Of a DNA stretch of 64,000 nt, positions 20,162 through 28,390 are shown piece by piece. The stretch's first letter is position 1, and the number at the start of each line of letters is the position of its first letter. The stretch comes from Myxococcales bacterium. GTDB taxonomy: Bacteria > Myxococcota > Myxococcia > Myxococcales > JAKAPL01. Made by a program: the position numbers and the translations under genes. The DNA lies in assembly GCA_021807105.1 (NCBI GenBank), contig JAKAPL010000005.1, positions 6,178 through 70,177 of the forward strand, written 5' to 3'. A model generated the notes under the pieces. That model was given only the letters and a program-made list of their open reading frames with translations, was not told where the DNA came from and did not search any database.

Positions 20162-21254
20162 CGCCACGACGGCCGTCCCCGTCCCTCCCGAGGAGGCGCT
20201 CCTCGATCCGAGCCGGGAGGCGGCGGCAGCCGGCGAGCTCCCTGACCTCGCGCCTTCCGTGAGGCCCGGGAGCCCGCGTCGCGGGCGGCTCCGCGTCCTG
20301 GCGGTGGCCGCGCTCGCGACGCTCGCCGCCGGCCGCGCGTCCGCGCAGGCGGCCGCCCCGGGCTTCGCCCTCGACCGGTTCGTCCCTGCCCCCGCGGGCG
20401 CGGGCTGGTTCGCGAACGACGACCTCGCGATGGCGGGCTCGCTCGGCGGGGCGGCCGAGCTGACGCTCTCGCAGGCGCACGATCCCCTCGTCGTCGGCCA
20501 CGGGGCCGGGCGGCTCCCCGTCGTCTCGGACGAGGCGCTCGCGCACCTCGGGGCGTCCGTGAACGGCCCCTGGTGGCGGCTGTTCCTGGACCTTCCCATG
20601 CCGCTCGCCGTCGTGGGCCGGTCCGGCGTGCGGGACGGTTACGCCTACACGGCCCCGGCGGTGAACGTCGGCACCAACCCGGACAGCCTGCCGGACGTGA
20701 GCGTCGGGGTCGAGGCGCGCCTCCTCGGCGAGGCGGATTCCGGGCTGCGTCTGGGCCTGGGCGCCCAGCTCTTCGTCCCCTCGAACGGTCCGCTCGACAC
20801 GCCGTCGACCTACCTGACCGACGGAACGGTCCGGGGGATCGTCCGGTTGCTCGCGGCGGGCGACGCCGGCCGCCTCCGCTGGGCCGGCCAGGCGGGGGTT
20901 CACGTCCGTCCGCTCGACGACGCGCCGATCCCGGGGAGCCCCGAGGGCAGCGAGCTGCTCTTCGCCGGCGCGGCCGGTTGGAGCTTCGACGTGCGCCCGG
21001 GCTGGGCGCTCGTCGCGGGGCCGGAGGCGTTCGGGGAGACGGCGCTGCGCTCCTTCTTCGGCGGGGAGACGACCGGCGCGGAGGCGCTCCTGACCGGGAG
21101 GCTCGAGGGAACGGGTCCGGGAGCGCGGCTCCGCGTCAAGCTCGGCGCGGGAGGCGGCCTCGACCCCGCCTTCGGGGCCCCCGAGTGGCGCGTCGTCGTC
21201 GCGGTGGAGTTGTTCTCGCGTCCCTCCGGGACCGCGGGGGCGGGACCGCGTTGA
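20148..21254 (+). CDS. Putative outer-membrane beta-barrel protein (resembles the N-terminal barrel of myxobacterial OmpA-like proteins)
   Basis: Signal peptide ending ASAQA, GFALDRFVPAPAGAGWF, amphipathic beta-strands, FGAPEWRVVVAV end; start may be GTG at 20259. Confidence 0.65.
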   Translation: MRSSDATTAVPVPPEEALLDPSREAAAAGELPDLAPSVRPGSPRRGRLRVLAVAALATLAAGRASAQAAAPGFALDRFVPAPAGAGWFANDDLAMAGSLGGAAELTLSQAHDPLVVGHGAGRLPVVSDEALAHLGASVNGPWWRLFLDLPMPLAVVGRSGVRDGYAYTAPAVNVGTNPDSLPDVSVGVEARLLGEADSGLRLGLGAQLFVPSNGPLDTPSTYLTDGTVRGIVRLLAAGDAGRLRWAGQAGVHVRPLDDAPIPGSPEGSELLFAGAAGWSFDVRPGWALVAGPEAFGETALRSFFGGETTGAEALLTGRLEGTGPGARLRVKLGAGGGLDPAFGAPEWRVVVAVELFSRPSGTAGAGPR

Positions 21255-21414
21255 CGGACAAACGAAATCCGAGACGCGATTCCCCGTAGGGAGCCCGCGA
21301 GGCGCACAGGCAGTCTTCGTCGAAGGCGTACTGAAGTACGCCGAGACGGAAACTGCCGAGCACCGAAGCACCGGCCGCGTCGGACCGACCGAGAGTAGGC
21401 GCAAAAGGGCTAAG
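21255..21414. repeat. Decayed hairpin element (family F), host of MITE D
   Basis: GCGAGGCG (21297)...GGCAGT...GGCGTACT-GA-AGTACGCC (21325-21342)...ACTGCC...GCACCGAAGCA; same core as families A, B and D; termini not resolved. Confidence 0.55.
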
Positions 21415-21652
21415 CCCGGCTTATTCACGGTACGGCGTAGCGAGGCGTTCGAGACCGCAGCCGAGAAGGGCAAGCGCAGCGACGACCGACGAGGCGTGCT
21501 GAAGCACCTCCCCCCAAGTCGTTGTAGGGGGGCAAGCCCCCCGCAGGAGGAAGGAGCGAGCACACCCCCCCAAGTCGTTGTAGGGGGGCAAGCCCCCCCC
21601 TTCACAGGCGCGGGATCGGACGCCGCAGCAGCCGGGCCGTGAATAAGCCGGG
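21415..21652. mobile_element. MITE family D (238 bp) with IS1380-type ends
   Basis: Perfect 16-bp TIR CCCGGCTTATTCACGG / CCGTGAATAAGCCGGG; 5-bp TSD CTAAG; first 14 bp identical to the IS1380 left end at 25008. Confidence 0.92.
21510..21598 (+). repeat. Two identical 33-bp REP-like units inside MITE D
   Basis: CCCCCCAAGTCGTTGTAGGGGGGCAAGCCCCCC at 21510-21542 and 21566-21598; contains GTAG followed by a G/C hairpin. Confidence 0.8.
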
Positions 21653-21657
21653 CTAAG

Positions 21658-21760
21658 CCCGAGACCGGTCGACCGTGTCGTCCCCCGCAAGGCCACGATC
21701 TCCCGTGTCGCGCGGGTCAGGGGCGTCAGGAGCGTCGGCTTCGAATTGGGGACCAGCATG
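21658..21760 (-). pseudogene. 5' stub of a gene cut by the MITE D/F insertions
   Basis: Strong RBS AAAGGAGAAGG a few nt before an ATG near 21760 on the minus strand; the reading runs into MITE D after about 100 bp; frame not firmly established. Confidence 0.3.
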
Positions 21761-21849
21761 GTGCCTTCTCCTTTGTCAGTGGACCGCTTGATTGCGGCCC
21801 ATACCCCTATAAAAATGCAGTCCGTGTGCCACTCGGAAGCAGCGTGATT

Positions 21850-22905
21850 TCAGGGTGTTGCCCCGTCGCGGAACTCGATGACCGTACGGAGTCTGGTCGA
21901 GAGTCCAGGATTCGTGGACTCGGGCTCCTCCGCCCCGGCCGTGGGCCGCAGCCCAACACGCGTGCAGCAGGCTTCGCTGGCCTGACGATGGCCGGACTCG
22001 ACGTGTCGCTGGCCGGACTGGAAGAGTCGATGGCCGGACACGTCGAGTCGCTGACCCGACTCGACGTGTCGCTGGCGAGACTCCTCAAGCCCCTGGCCGG
22101 TCTTGACGTGTCGCTGGCCGGTCTTGACGTGTCGCTGGCCGGACTCGACGTGTCGCTGGCCGGTCTCGACGTGTCGCTGGCCGGTCTCGACGTGTCGCTG
22201 GCCGGTCTCGACGTGTCGCTGGCCGGTCTCGACGTGTCGATGGCCGGACTCGACAAGTCGATGGCCGAGCCCGACGAGTCGATGGCCGAGCCCGACGAGT
22301 CGATGGCCGAGCCCGACGAGTCGATGGCCGAGCCCGACGAGTCGATGGCCGAGCCCGACAAGTCGATGGCCGAGCCCGACGAGTCGATGGCCGGACTCGA
22401 CGAGTCGCTGGCCGAACTCATCGAGTCGCTGGCAAGGCTCGACGAGTCGCTGGCAAGGCTCGACGAGTCGATGGCCAGGCTCGACGAGTCGCTGACCCGA
22501 CTCGACGAGTCGCTGGCCGAACTCATCGAGTCGATGGCCGGACTCGACGAGTCGATGGCCGAGCCCGACGAGTCGCTGGCCGAGCCCGACGAGTCGCTGG
22601 CCCGACTTGACGAGTCGCTGGCCCGACTCGTCGAGTCGCTGGCCGGACTCGACGAGTCGCTGGCCCGACTCGACGAGTCGCTGACCCGACTCGACGAGTC
22701 GCTGACCCGACTCGACGAGTCGCTGGCCCGACTCGACGAGTCGCTGCCCGGACTCGACGAGTCGCTGACCCGACTCGACGAGTCGCTGGCCGGACTCGAC
22801 GAGTCGCTGGCCGGACTCGACGAGTCGCTGGCCGAGCCCGACGAGTCGACGGCCGGACTCATCGCGCGGGCGCGCGGGGCGCGCGGTGACGGACGATTCC
22901 GCCAA
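21850..22905 (-). CDS. Possible heptad-repeat protein (GQRLVES)n encoded by the array
   Basis: Many unit-to-unit substitutions are silent in this frame (GGC/GGT/GGG, TCC/TCG/TCT, CTC/CTT); no clear RBS; may be non-coding. Confidence 0.3.
   Translation of the reverse strand: MAESSVTARPARPRDESGRRLVGLGQRLVESGQRLVESGQRLVESGQRLVESGQRLVESGQRLVESGQRLVESGQRLVESGQRLVESGQRLDESGQRLVKSGQRLVGLGQRLVGLGHRLVESGHRLDEFGQRLVESGQRLVEPGHRLVEPCQRLVEPCQRLDEFGQRLVESGHRLVGLGHRLVGLGHRLVGLGHRLVGLGHRLVGLGHRLVGLGHRLVESGHRHVETGQRHVETGQRHVETGQRHVETGQRHVESGQRHVKTGQRHVKTGQGLEESRQRHVESGQRLDVSGHRLFQSGQRHVESGHRQASEACCTRVGLRPTAGAEEPESTNPGLSTRLRTVIEFRDGATP
21988..22863. repeat. Tandem array of about 42 units of 21 bp with palindromic core
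   Basis: Consensus CTGGCCGGACTCGACGAGTCG with strict 21-bp phase; core GACTCG-A-CGAGTC is a perfect inverted repeat; at least three frames stay open across it. Confidence 0.95.
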
Positions 22906-23320
22906 GCGCCATGCCGGCGCGGACCGGGTTCAGGTCGCCATAGCGCATGACGGTCAGTACGTGGCGGCCGCTCGCGTCCGGCTGGATCATCGGCGACTTC
23001 ATCCGCTGCGTGACGACCTGCCCGCGACAGCTTTGCTGCTGCTGGTTGTACCAGCGGGCGAAGAGGTGGTTCACGACCTGCCAGAAGCGGCTGAACTCCT
23101 CCTGGCCGCGGGTCGCGACGACGACGAGGTGCGGGTGGGTGCCCATGAGGCAGTAGGAGCGGACGAGGATGCCGTGGCGCGGGGCGTACTTGGCGACGAG
23201 GGAGAGGAAGCAGCGCTTGGCGAGGTCGTCTTCGAGGACGCGGGAGAAGTTGTGGCTGCGCCATGTACAGTGGTTGGTGGAGCCGAGGTCGACGAGGAGG
23301 CGGCGAGGGATGCGGGCCAT
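22859..23320 (-). pseudogene. REP-associated tyrosine (Y1/HUH) transposase, RAYT-like, C-terminally truncated
   Basis: MARIPR start, HCTWR, YCLMGTHPHL (HUH), RYGDLNPVRAGM (catalytic Tyr and NPVRAG); the usual downstream WSS motif is absent. Confidence 0.8.
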
Positions 23321-23838
23321 GGCTGCCGCCCAGGGGCAAGCATCGTGCCGACCTACCGAGTGATCCATAGAGCGAGGGTCTGACATCGGTGGGGAGAAAT
23401 GGGCCACCGGACGATCGAGACCGGGGAGAACTCGTCCGTCACCGGAGGCCCGGGTAGTTGCGCGCGATCTCGCGTGCCTCGCGCGGGCCGCAGCGCTCCG
23501 CGGCGCTTGGCGGAAACGGCCTGGGGCCGCTTCCAAGGAAGTGCCCCAGGGTCTGCACCGGCGCGCGCAGTTCGGACGACTCGAGATCGCGGCTATCTCC
23601 ACGTCCTTGCTGGAGAATCCGGTTGTCCGTCACCGTCTCCCCCCGTCTCCCCCCCCGCTGGTCCCACCGCCCCTGTCGCTCCGATCGCCCCGTCTCGCCT
23701 CTCTCGCCTCCGGACCCGGTCGCCCCGCCGGTCCGCCGCAGGCGTCAACGCCACCCACGGCCAAGATTCCGGCGGCAACGCCGATGCCAACCAAGACACG
23801 ACGTCACAATAATCTGTCTTTCCGCAATCCAGCCATCG

Positions 23839-25002
23839 TCATCGACCTGCGCCTCCCGATGAAGCCGCGCGTCCAAGCGGCAACGGCCGCGTTGCCATCC
23901 GCAGCCATGCGTTTCTCGCCCTGCAAACCTCACCGGTCGAGGAACACCTCTCGGACCCGCGAAATGGCTTCGGCTGCCACTTGCCGACGCCGGCCATCGC
24001 CCTTGCCGCCGCGCGCGCGTCCCGGAGGGGCACGCCATCGTCCACCAGCCACGTGAACAAAAGCGGAGCAGTCGCACTTCCCATGATCGGGAACTGCTCA
24101 TCCACGACCCACGGCTGCGGAAGCGCCTCCACGAACTCTCTTTTCGTCGCAAAGCCAAGGCGTCCCAGCCGGCAGCCATCCCACAGAATCCGTCGCACGC
24201 CCTCAAGGCGCCTCCGCCATGTCGCCTCGGCGGTGTCCCCTTTGGGGAAGTCGTGCAGTCTCTTGTAAGCGTGCTCCTCATCTTCGCCCTTCTCTCGCCT
24301 GGGCTTACAGATGAGCCCAAGAATGAAATGACGACGCGAATGCCCCTGCGCGGCCGCGCGAGCTGCCTCAATCTTATCGAGGACGCGCATGCCCCCAGGG
24401 CAAGCCCGGACCCAGCCTGAATCGGGGGAAGCTACAGCGCCCAGCCAAGCTTCCAGCGAGAACTCTGGGGACAGGAATCCGGACGCGACCTGGCCCAGAA
24501 CACGCCTTACACCGTCTGGAAAGCGTGCGCACCGTCCCAACACATCCATGGCAAGTTCCGTCGGCCAGTGAGAATCGTGCCGCCTTTCCGCTCGCAGCAG
24601 GCCGTCGGTCTGGCAGGGGCCTGCTCGGGCGAAATCCACATCCGGGCGAGCGAAACCCGTGCTGGGATCGGGGCAACGCTTCCATGTAGCGTGCGCAAAC
24701 GTTGCGTCAAAGTGGAGGGCCGCTGGAACGCTCCGGCGATCCCGCGTCGGTGCTGGCAGAAGCACGAGGTCGTGGTCGACCAGGAATGCTGTTCCAACCG
24801 CACTGGGACCAAGACCGCGGTCGTAGTCCAGGTAGCGCAACCTAATCCTGAACAAGCCACTTGCTTCGAGGGAGTCAATCTGCAACCGAAAGTCGCGATC
24901 TCCGCCTCCACCGTGAGCCTCGAAAACACCCACGATTGCAGCCGGCGGTGCTGTCGCGCCAGCCGCAAACACACTTACACCCAGCGCCGCGCCTAGAGTC
25001 AC
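23839..25002 (-). CDS. Hypothetical exported protein, lower GC, 5' end abutting IS1380
   Basis: 387-aa ORF with atypical A/T-ending codons; hydrophobic N-terminus begins 5 bp from the IS1380 end, so probably 5'-clipped. Confidence 0.6.
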   Translation of the reverse strand: MTLGAALGVSVFAAGATAPPAAIVGVFEAHGGGGDRDFRLQIDSLEASGLFRIRLRYLDYDRGLGPSAVGTAFLVDHDLVLLPAPTRDRRSVPAALHFDATFAHATWKRCPDPSTGFARPDVDFARAGPCQTDGLLRAERRHDSHWPTELAMDVLGRCARFPDGVRRVLGQVASGFLSPEFSLEAWLGAVASPDSGWVRACPGGMRVLDKIEAARAAAQGHSRRHFILGLICKPRREKGEDEEHAYKRLHDFPKGDTAEATWRRRLEGVRRILWDGCRLGRLGFATKREFVEALPQPWVVDEQFPIMGSATAPLLFTWLVDDGVPLRDARAAARAMAGVGKWQPKPFRGSERCSSTGEVCRARNAWLRMATRPLPLGRAASSGGAGR

Positions 25003-25114
25003 CTGAACCCGGCTTATTCACCGTAAAAAGCGAAGAAAAGACGACGCGCCGCCTCGGAAGCGTGGTAGGACAAGGTTTCCACGCCATTGTCCGGCACGCA
25101 GAAGGAGGCGCGTC

Positions 25115-26539
25115 ATGGGTGAAGACCTAGCACTCTTTCCAGTCGAGTTCAACGGGTCCTTGAAGGTCGAGGCTCGGGCCGAGCGGCTTTCCGGGGAGGC
25201 TGGGGCGGTGATCCTCCGGGAGGTCATCGAACGGCTTGGCATCGGTCGGTTCCTGGCCGATCGGATCGAGGATCCGCGGAATCAGGATCTCATCACCCAC
25301 CCGCTCATCGAGCTGCTCCAGACCGAGTTGCTCATGCTCGGCCAGGGCTGGCACGACCGCGACGACGCGGATGCCCTGCGCGACGATCCGGTGATGCGCC
25401 TTGCGGTATCCGAGCGGCGGGGGATCGCGCCGCTGCTCTCGCCGGGGTTGCCGGAGGGGAAGCCGAAGCCGAAGAACCCACGGGTCCCCGACGGCCTCGC
25501 CTCGCAGCCGACGCTCTCGCGCCTGGGGCGCTCCCTGGCTACGGATGAGAACCGAGCGGTGCTGCGCGAGGCGTTACTCGTCACGGCGGCGCGGCGGATC
25601 AAGGCCGAGCGCGGCGGACACCGGATGCGGTACGTGACGATCGACGTGGACAGCCTGCCGGTGGAGGTCGAGGGCCATCAGGAGGGCAGCGAGTACAACG
25701 GCCACTACCACGCCCGGATCTTCCACCCCCTCGTCGCCTCCATTGGCGAGACCGGCGACCTGCTCGACCTCCGACTGCGCAGGGGGAACGCGCATACGGC
25801 CGCGGGGGCGCTCGACTTCATCTTGCCCTTGCTCGATCGGGTCGAGACGGAGCTGTGCCAGGTGGCGTCCGTGCGCATGGACGCGGGTTTCCCGGAGGAG
25901 AATCTGCTCTTCGGAATGGAAGAGCGGCGGAAGTGGACGCCCTACGTCGCCCGGGTGAAGAACAACCCGATCCCGGATCGGATGGCCGAGCCCTACTTGC
26001 GGCGTCCACCCGGACGCCCGCCCGAAGAGCCGCGCACCTGGTTCTACGAGATGACCTACATGGCCGAGAGTTGGTCCCGCCCTCGGCGCGTGGTGCTCGT
26101 CGTCCAGGAGCGGCCGGACGAACTCTTCCTGCACCACTTCTGGCTGATCACCAACTGGGACGAGAGCCAGATGCCCGCCGACGAGCTTCTGGAACTCTAC
26201 CGCGATCGCGGAGCAGCGGAGGGCCACTTCGGCGAGCTGATGAGCGTGCTCGCGCCCGCGCTGTCGTCCTCGCCCCGGCAGAAGAGCCACTACCGTGGCA
26301 AGCCACCCGAGACGAAGATCGCCCCCGGCGACGGCTTTGCCCAGAATGAGGTGATCCTGCTCGTAAACGCCCTCGCCTACAACGTCGCCCACGCCGCGCG
26401 CGTGCTCGTGGAGACGGCCACCGGCGAAGGCTGGAGCCTGATGCGGGTGCGCGAGCGGCTGCTGCGGGTGGCCGCGCGCGTGCTCGTCCATGGCCGCCGG
26501 GCCATCCTCGTCATCAACGAGGTCTCGGCGCGGCTCTGA
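25115..26539 (+). CDS. IS1380 transposase, last 16 aa lost to a MITE insertion
   Basis: LASQPTLSRL, TIDVDS, YNGHY, LRRGNAHTA, VRMDAGF, YRDRGAAEGHFGE; the TGA is created by the MITE A2 junction. Confidence 0.9.
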   Translation: MGEDLALFPVEFNGSLKVEARAERLSGEAGAVILREVIERLGIGRFLADRIEDPRNQDLITHPLIELLQTELLMLGQGWHDRDDADALRDDPVMRLAVSERRGIAPLLSPGLPEGKPKPKNPRVPDGLASQPTLSRLGRSLATDENRAVLREALLVTAARRIKAERGGHRMRYVTIDVDSLPVEVEGHQEGSEYNGHYHARIFHPLVASIGETGDLLDLRLRRGNAHTAAGALDFILPLLDRVETELCQVASVRMDAGFPEENLLFGMEERRKWTPYVARVKNNPIPDRMAEPYLRRPPGRPPEEPRTWFYEMTYMAESWSRPRRVVLVVQERPDELFLHHFWLITNWDESQMPADELLELYRDRGAAEGHFGELMSVLAPALSSSPRQKSHYRGKPPETKIAPGDGFAQNEVILLVNALAYNVAHAARVLVETATGEGWSLMRVRERLLRVAARVLVHGRRAILVINEVSARL

Positions 26540-26702
26540 GCCTGTGAATCAATCCCCTCCCATCGCCAGACCGCCGATCCGGGCCCATCTGCTTCGTTGC
26601 GTCAACTGCGGCATACTCCAGTGAGTATGCCTCGTTGCCGCGCCTCGCATCTGGGACCCGTCTCGACGGCCTGGCTCGGTCCGAGGATTGATTCACAAGC
26701 TC
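26538..26702. mobile_element. MITE family A, copy 2 (165 bp)
   Basis: TIR GAGCCTGTGAAT / ATTCACAAGCTC; 3-bp TSD TCT; inverted relative to copy 1. Confidence 0.92.
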
Positions 26703-26985
26703 TCTGGAGCGCGCTCTGGTCGAGGCTCGCGGCCATGCGCTTCGTCGAGGGCTGACCCCAGCCCTCTTTGCACAGCCCCAAGCTCTCGCCGCGCCGGACG
26801 CGGGGCGAGGCCGTGTGCCGCCAACCGCATTCGGCCGGCTCACAACGCCGCCCAACTCCCAAATCAAGCCGCGAGAGCAACTCGATGCACGCACATCCAG
26901 CCATCGATAACCTCCTCCACCCGCTCCGCTGCCCGCCCTTCGGTGCCCTACGCTCGCGATCCAGGTACGGCGTGAATAAGACGGG

Positions 26986-27375
26986 TTAACAGCAGCCCGA
27001 GGACACAGAGCTTCACGTGCGCCTCGATGCGGTGCGCCACCCAGTGATACACCGGCCTCATCTTCAGCCCGCTCTTCATCGAGCGCCAGCACACTCTTCC
27101 ACCCTCATGAGCTGCTTGTAACCGAGCGCGAGGTCCTGGGCGGTGAGGGTGTCGTCGTTGCTGGTGACGACCCACTTGCCGTCGTACTTGGCCTCCCGCG
27201 CCACCCGGCCTCGAACGATCCGCAACTGCTCACCCGCGGTCTGCCGAAGGTAACGGCCAAAGCGCTCGCTGGTGAGCAGCGCACAGACCCGCTCGCTGTG
27301 CTCCTTGCCCGTCGGGTCGCGTAGGCTGCGCAGCTCCTTCCGGGGGGGGAGACCTCCTCCCGCAGCCACTGCTGA
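26986..27375 (-). pseudogene. IS1634-family transposase remnant
   Basis: EAKYDGKWVVTSN, LGYKQLMRVEE then frameshift to CWRSMKSGLKMRPVYHW...RIEAHVKLCVLGLLL; cut by the IS1380 right end. Confidence 0.85.
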
Positions 27376-27462
27376 TGGCAGTTAAGCTTCGAGTAGGGCT
27401 GTAGCGCCCGACCGGCCACCGTCGCGGCGAAACGTTTCCGCGTGGCGAGGGACTAACGAGGC

Positions 27463-27936
27463 ATGCGGATCGTGGTCACGGCGCTCGCGGGAAGCTGGCT
27501 CCTCTCGGCCTGCGGGGTGCGGGCCGGGGAGAGGCTCCCGAGCTTCGCGGCGCGCACCGCGTCGGGGGCGGAGGTCTCGGCGGCGGCGCTGCGGGGTCAC
27601 GCCACGATCGTGGACCTCTGGTCGCCGGGTTGCATCGCCTGCGTGGGTGAGTTGGCGGCCTTGCAGCGGCTCCAGGACGACCTGGGGCCACGCGGGCTGC
27701 GCGTCATCGCGCTCTACGATCGGGGAGGGCCGAGGGACGGGTGGCTCGTCGGCGATGGCGCCGGGGCTCGCTTCCCGATCGCGCGCATCGGCGGCGGTCT
27801 GATGCGCCGGCTGGGCGGCTGGGAGTTTCCGACGACGCTCTTCGTCGGCAAGGACGGCCGGGTCCGGACGGTCGTGCACGGCGATCCCGGCGAGGGACGG
27901 CTCCGGGCGATGACCCTGGCGCTGCTCTCGCCCTGA
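27463..27936 (+). CDS. TlpA-family thiol-disulfide oxidoreductase (lipoprotein)
   Basis: Lipobox LSAC, VDLWSPGCIAC (CxxC), FPTTLFVGKDG cis-Pro motif. Confidence 0.8.
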   Translation: MRIVVTALAGSWLLSACGVRAGERLPSFAARTASGAEVSAAALRGHATIVDLWSPGCIACVGELAALQRLQDDLGPRGLRVIALYDRGGPRDGWLVGDGAGARFPIARIGGGLMRRLGGWEFPTTLFVGKDGRVRTVVHGDPGEGRLRAMTLALLSP

Positions 27937-28251
27937 TCCGCGCGAGGTCCCGCCCCACGACCCCCGAGGCTCCGCTTCCGCGTGAAGATTCGGCGATGGG
28001 CCTCGCGGACGACGAGGTGCGACGGGGGCTGGACTCTCCTCCCAGCGGATCGTCGTGAGGCGATCCGGCCGTCGCGGCGCGGGAAGGCAGCGTGGCCGCG
28101 CCGGGGCTCCCGGTCCTCGGAGGCCGCGCTGTCAGAGGCTCGCGGTATAGGAGCCCCCATCCGTCCGTGATCGAGGCCGTGCCTCCATAGAGGCGCGGCC
28201 CCGGCCGGCGAGAAGGGCGCACATGCGAGGCGTGACCGAGCGAGGATCAGA

Positions 28252-28358
28252 GAGTGTGTGAACGAATCCCCTCCCGTGGCCGGGCCGTCGCTCCCGGGCC
28301 CATCTGCTTCTGGGACCCCATCGAAGGTGGGGATGGGTCAACTGCGGCCTCCTCCAGT
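28252..28358. repeat. Partial, diverged MITE family A copy
   Basis: GAGTGTGTGAACGAATCCCCTCCC...CCGGGCCCATCTGCTTC...TCAACTGCGGC aligns with the left part of copy A2; second TIR missing. Confidence 0.7.
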
Positions 28359-28390
28359 CCTTCCCGCCGGACCCGGGCGAGGGTGGTGCG

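Larger units (their letters stand above)
25008..26985 (+). mobile_element. IS1380-family insertion sequence
   Basis: Ends CCCGGCTTATTCAC and GTGAATAAGACGGG enclose a DDE transposase; flanks CTGAA and TTAAC do not form a clean TSD. Confidence 0.9.

Noticed and set aside
21510-21598. Mini-CRISPR (33-bp repeat, 23-bp spacer, 33-bp repeat)
   Set aside because: Only two repeats, located inside a TIR/TSD-bounded MITE; the intervening 23 bp looks like part of the MITE core.
21988-22863. CRISPR array
   Set aside because: Units are contiguous 21-mers with no unique spacers, and there are no cas genes in the window.
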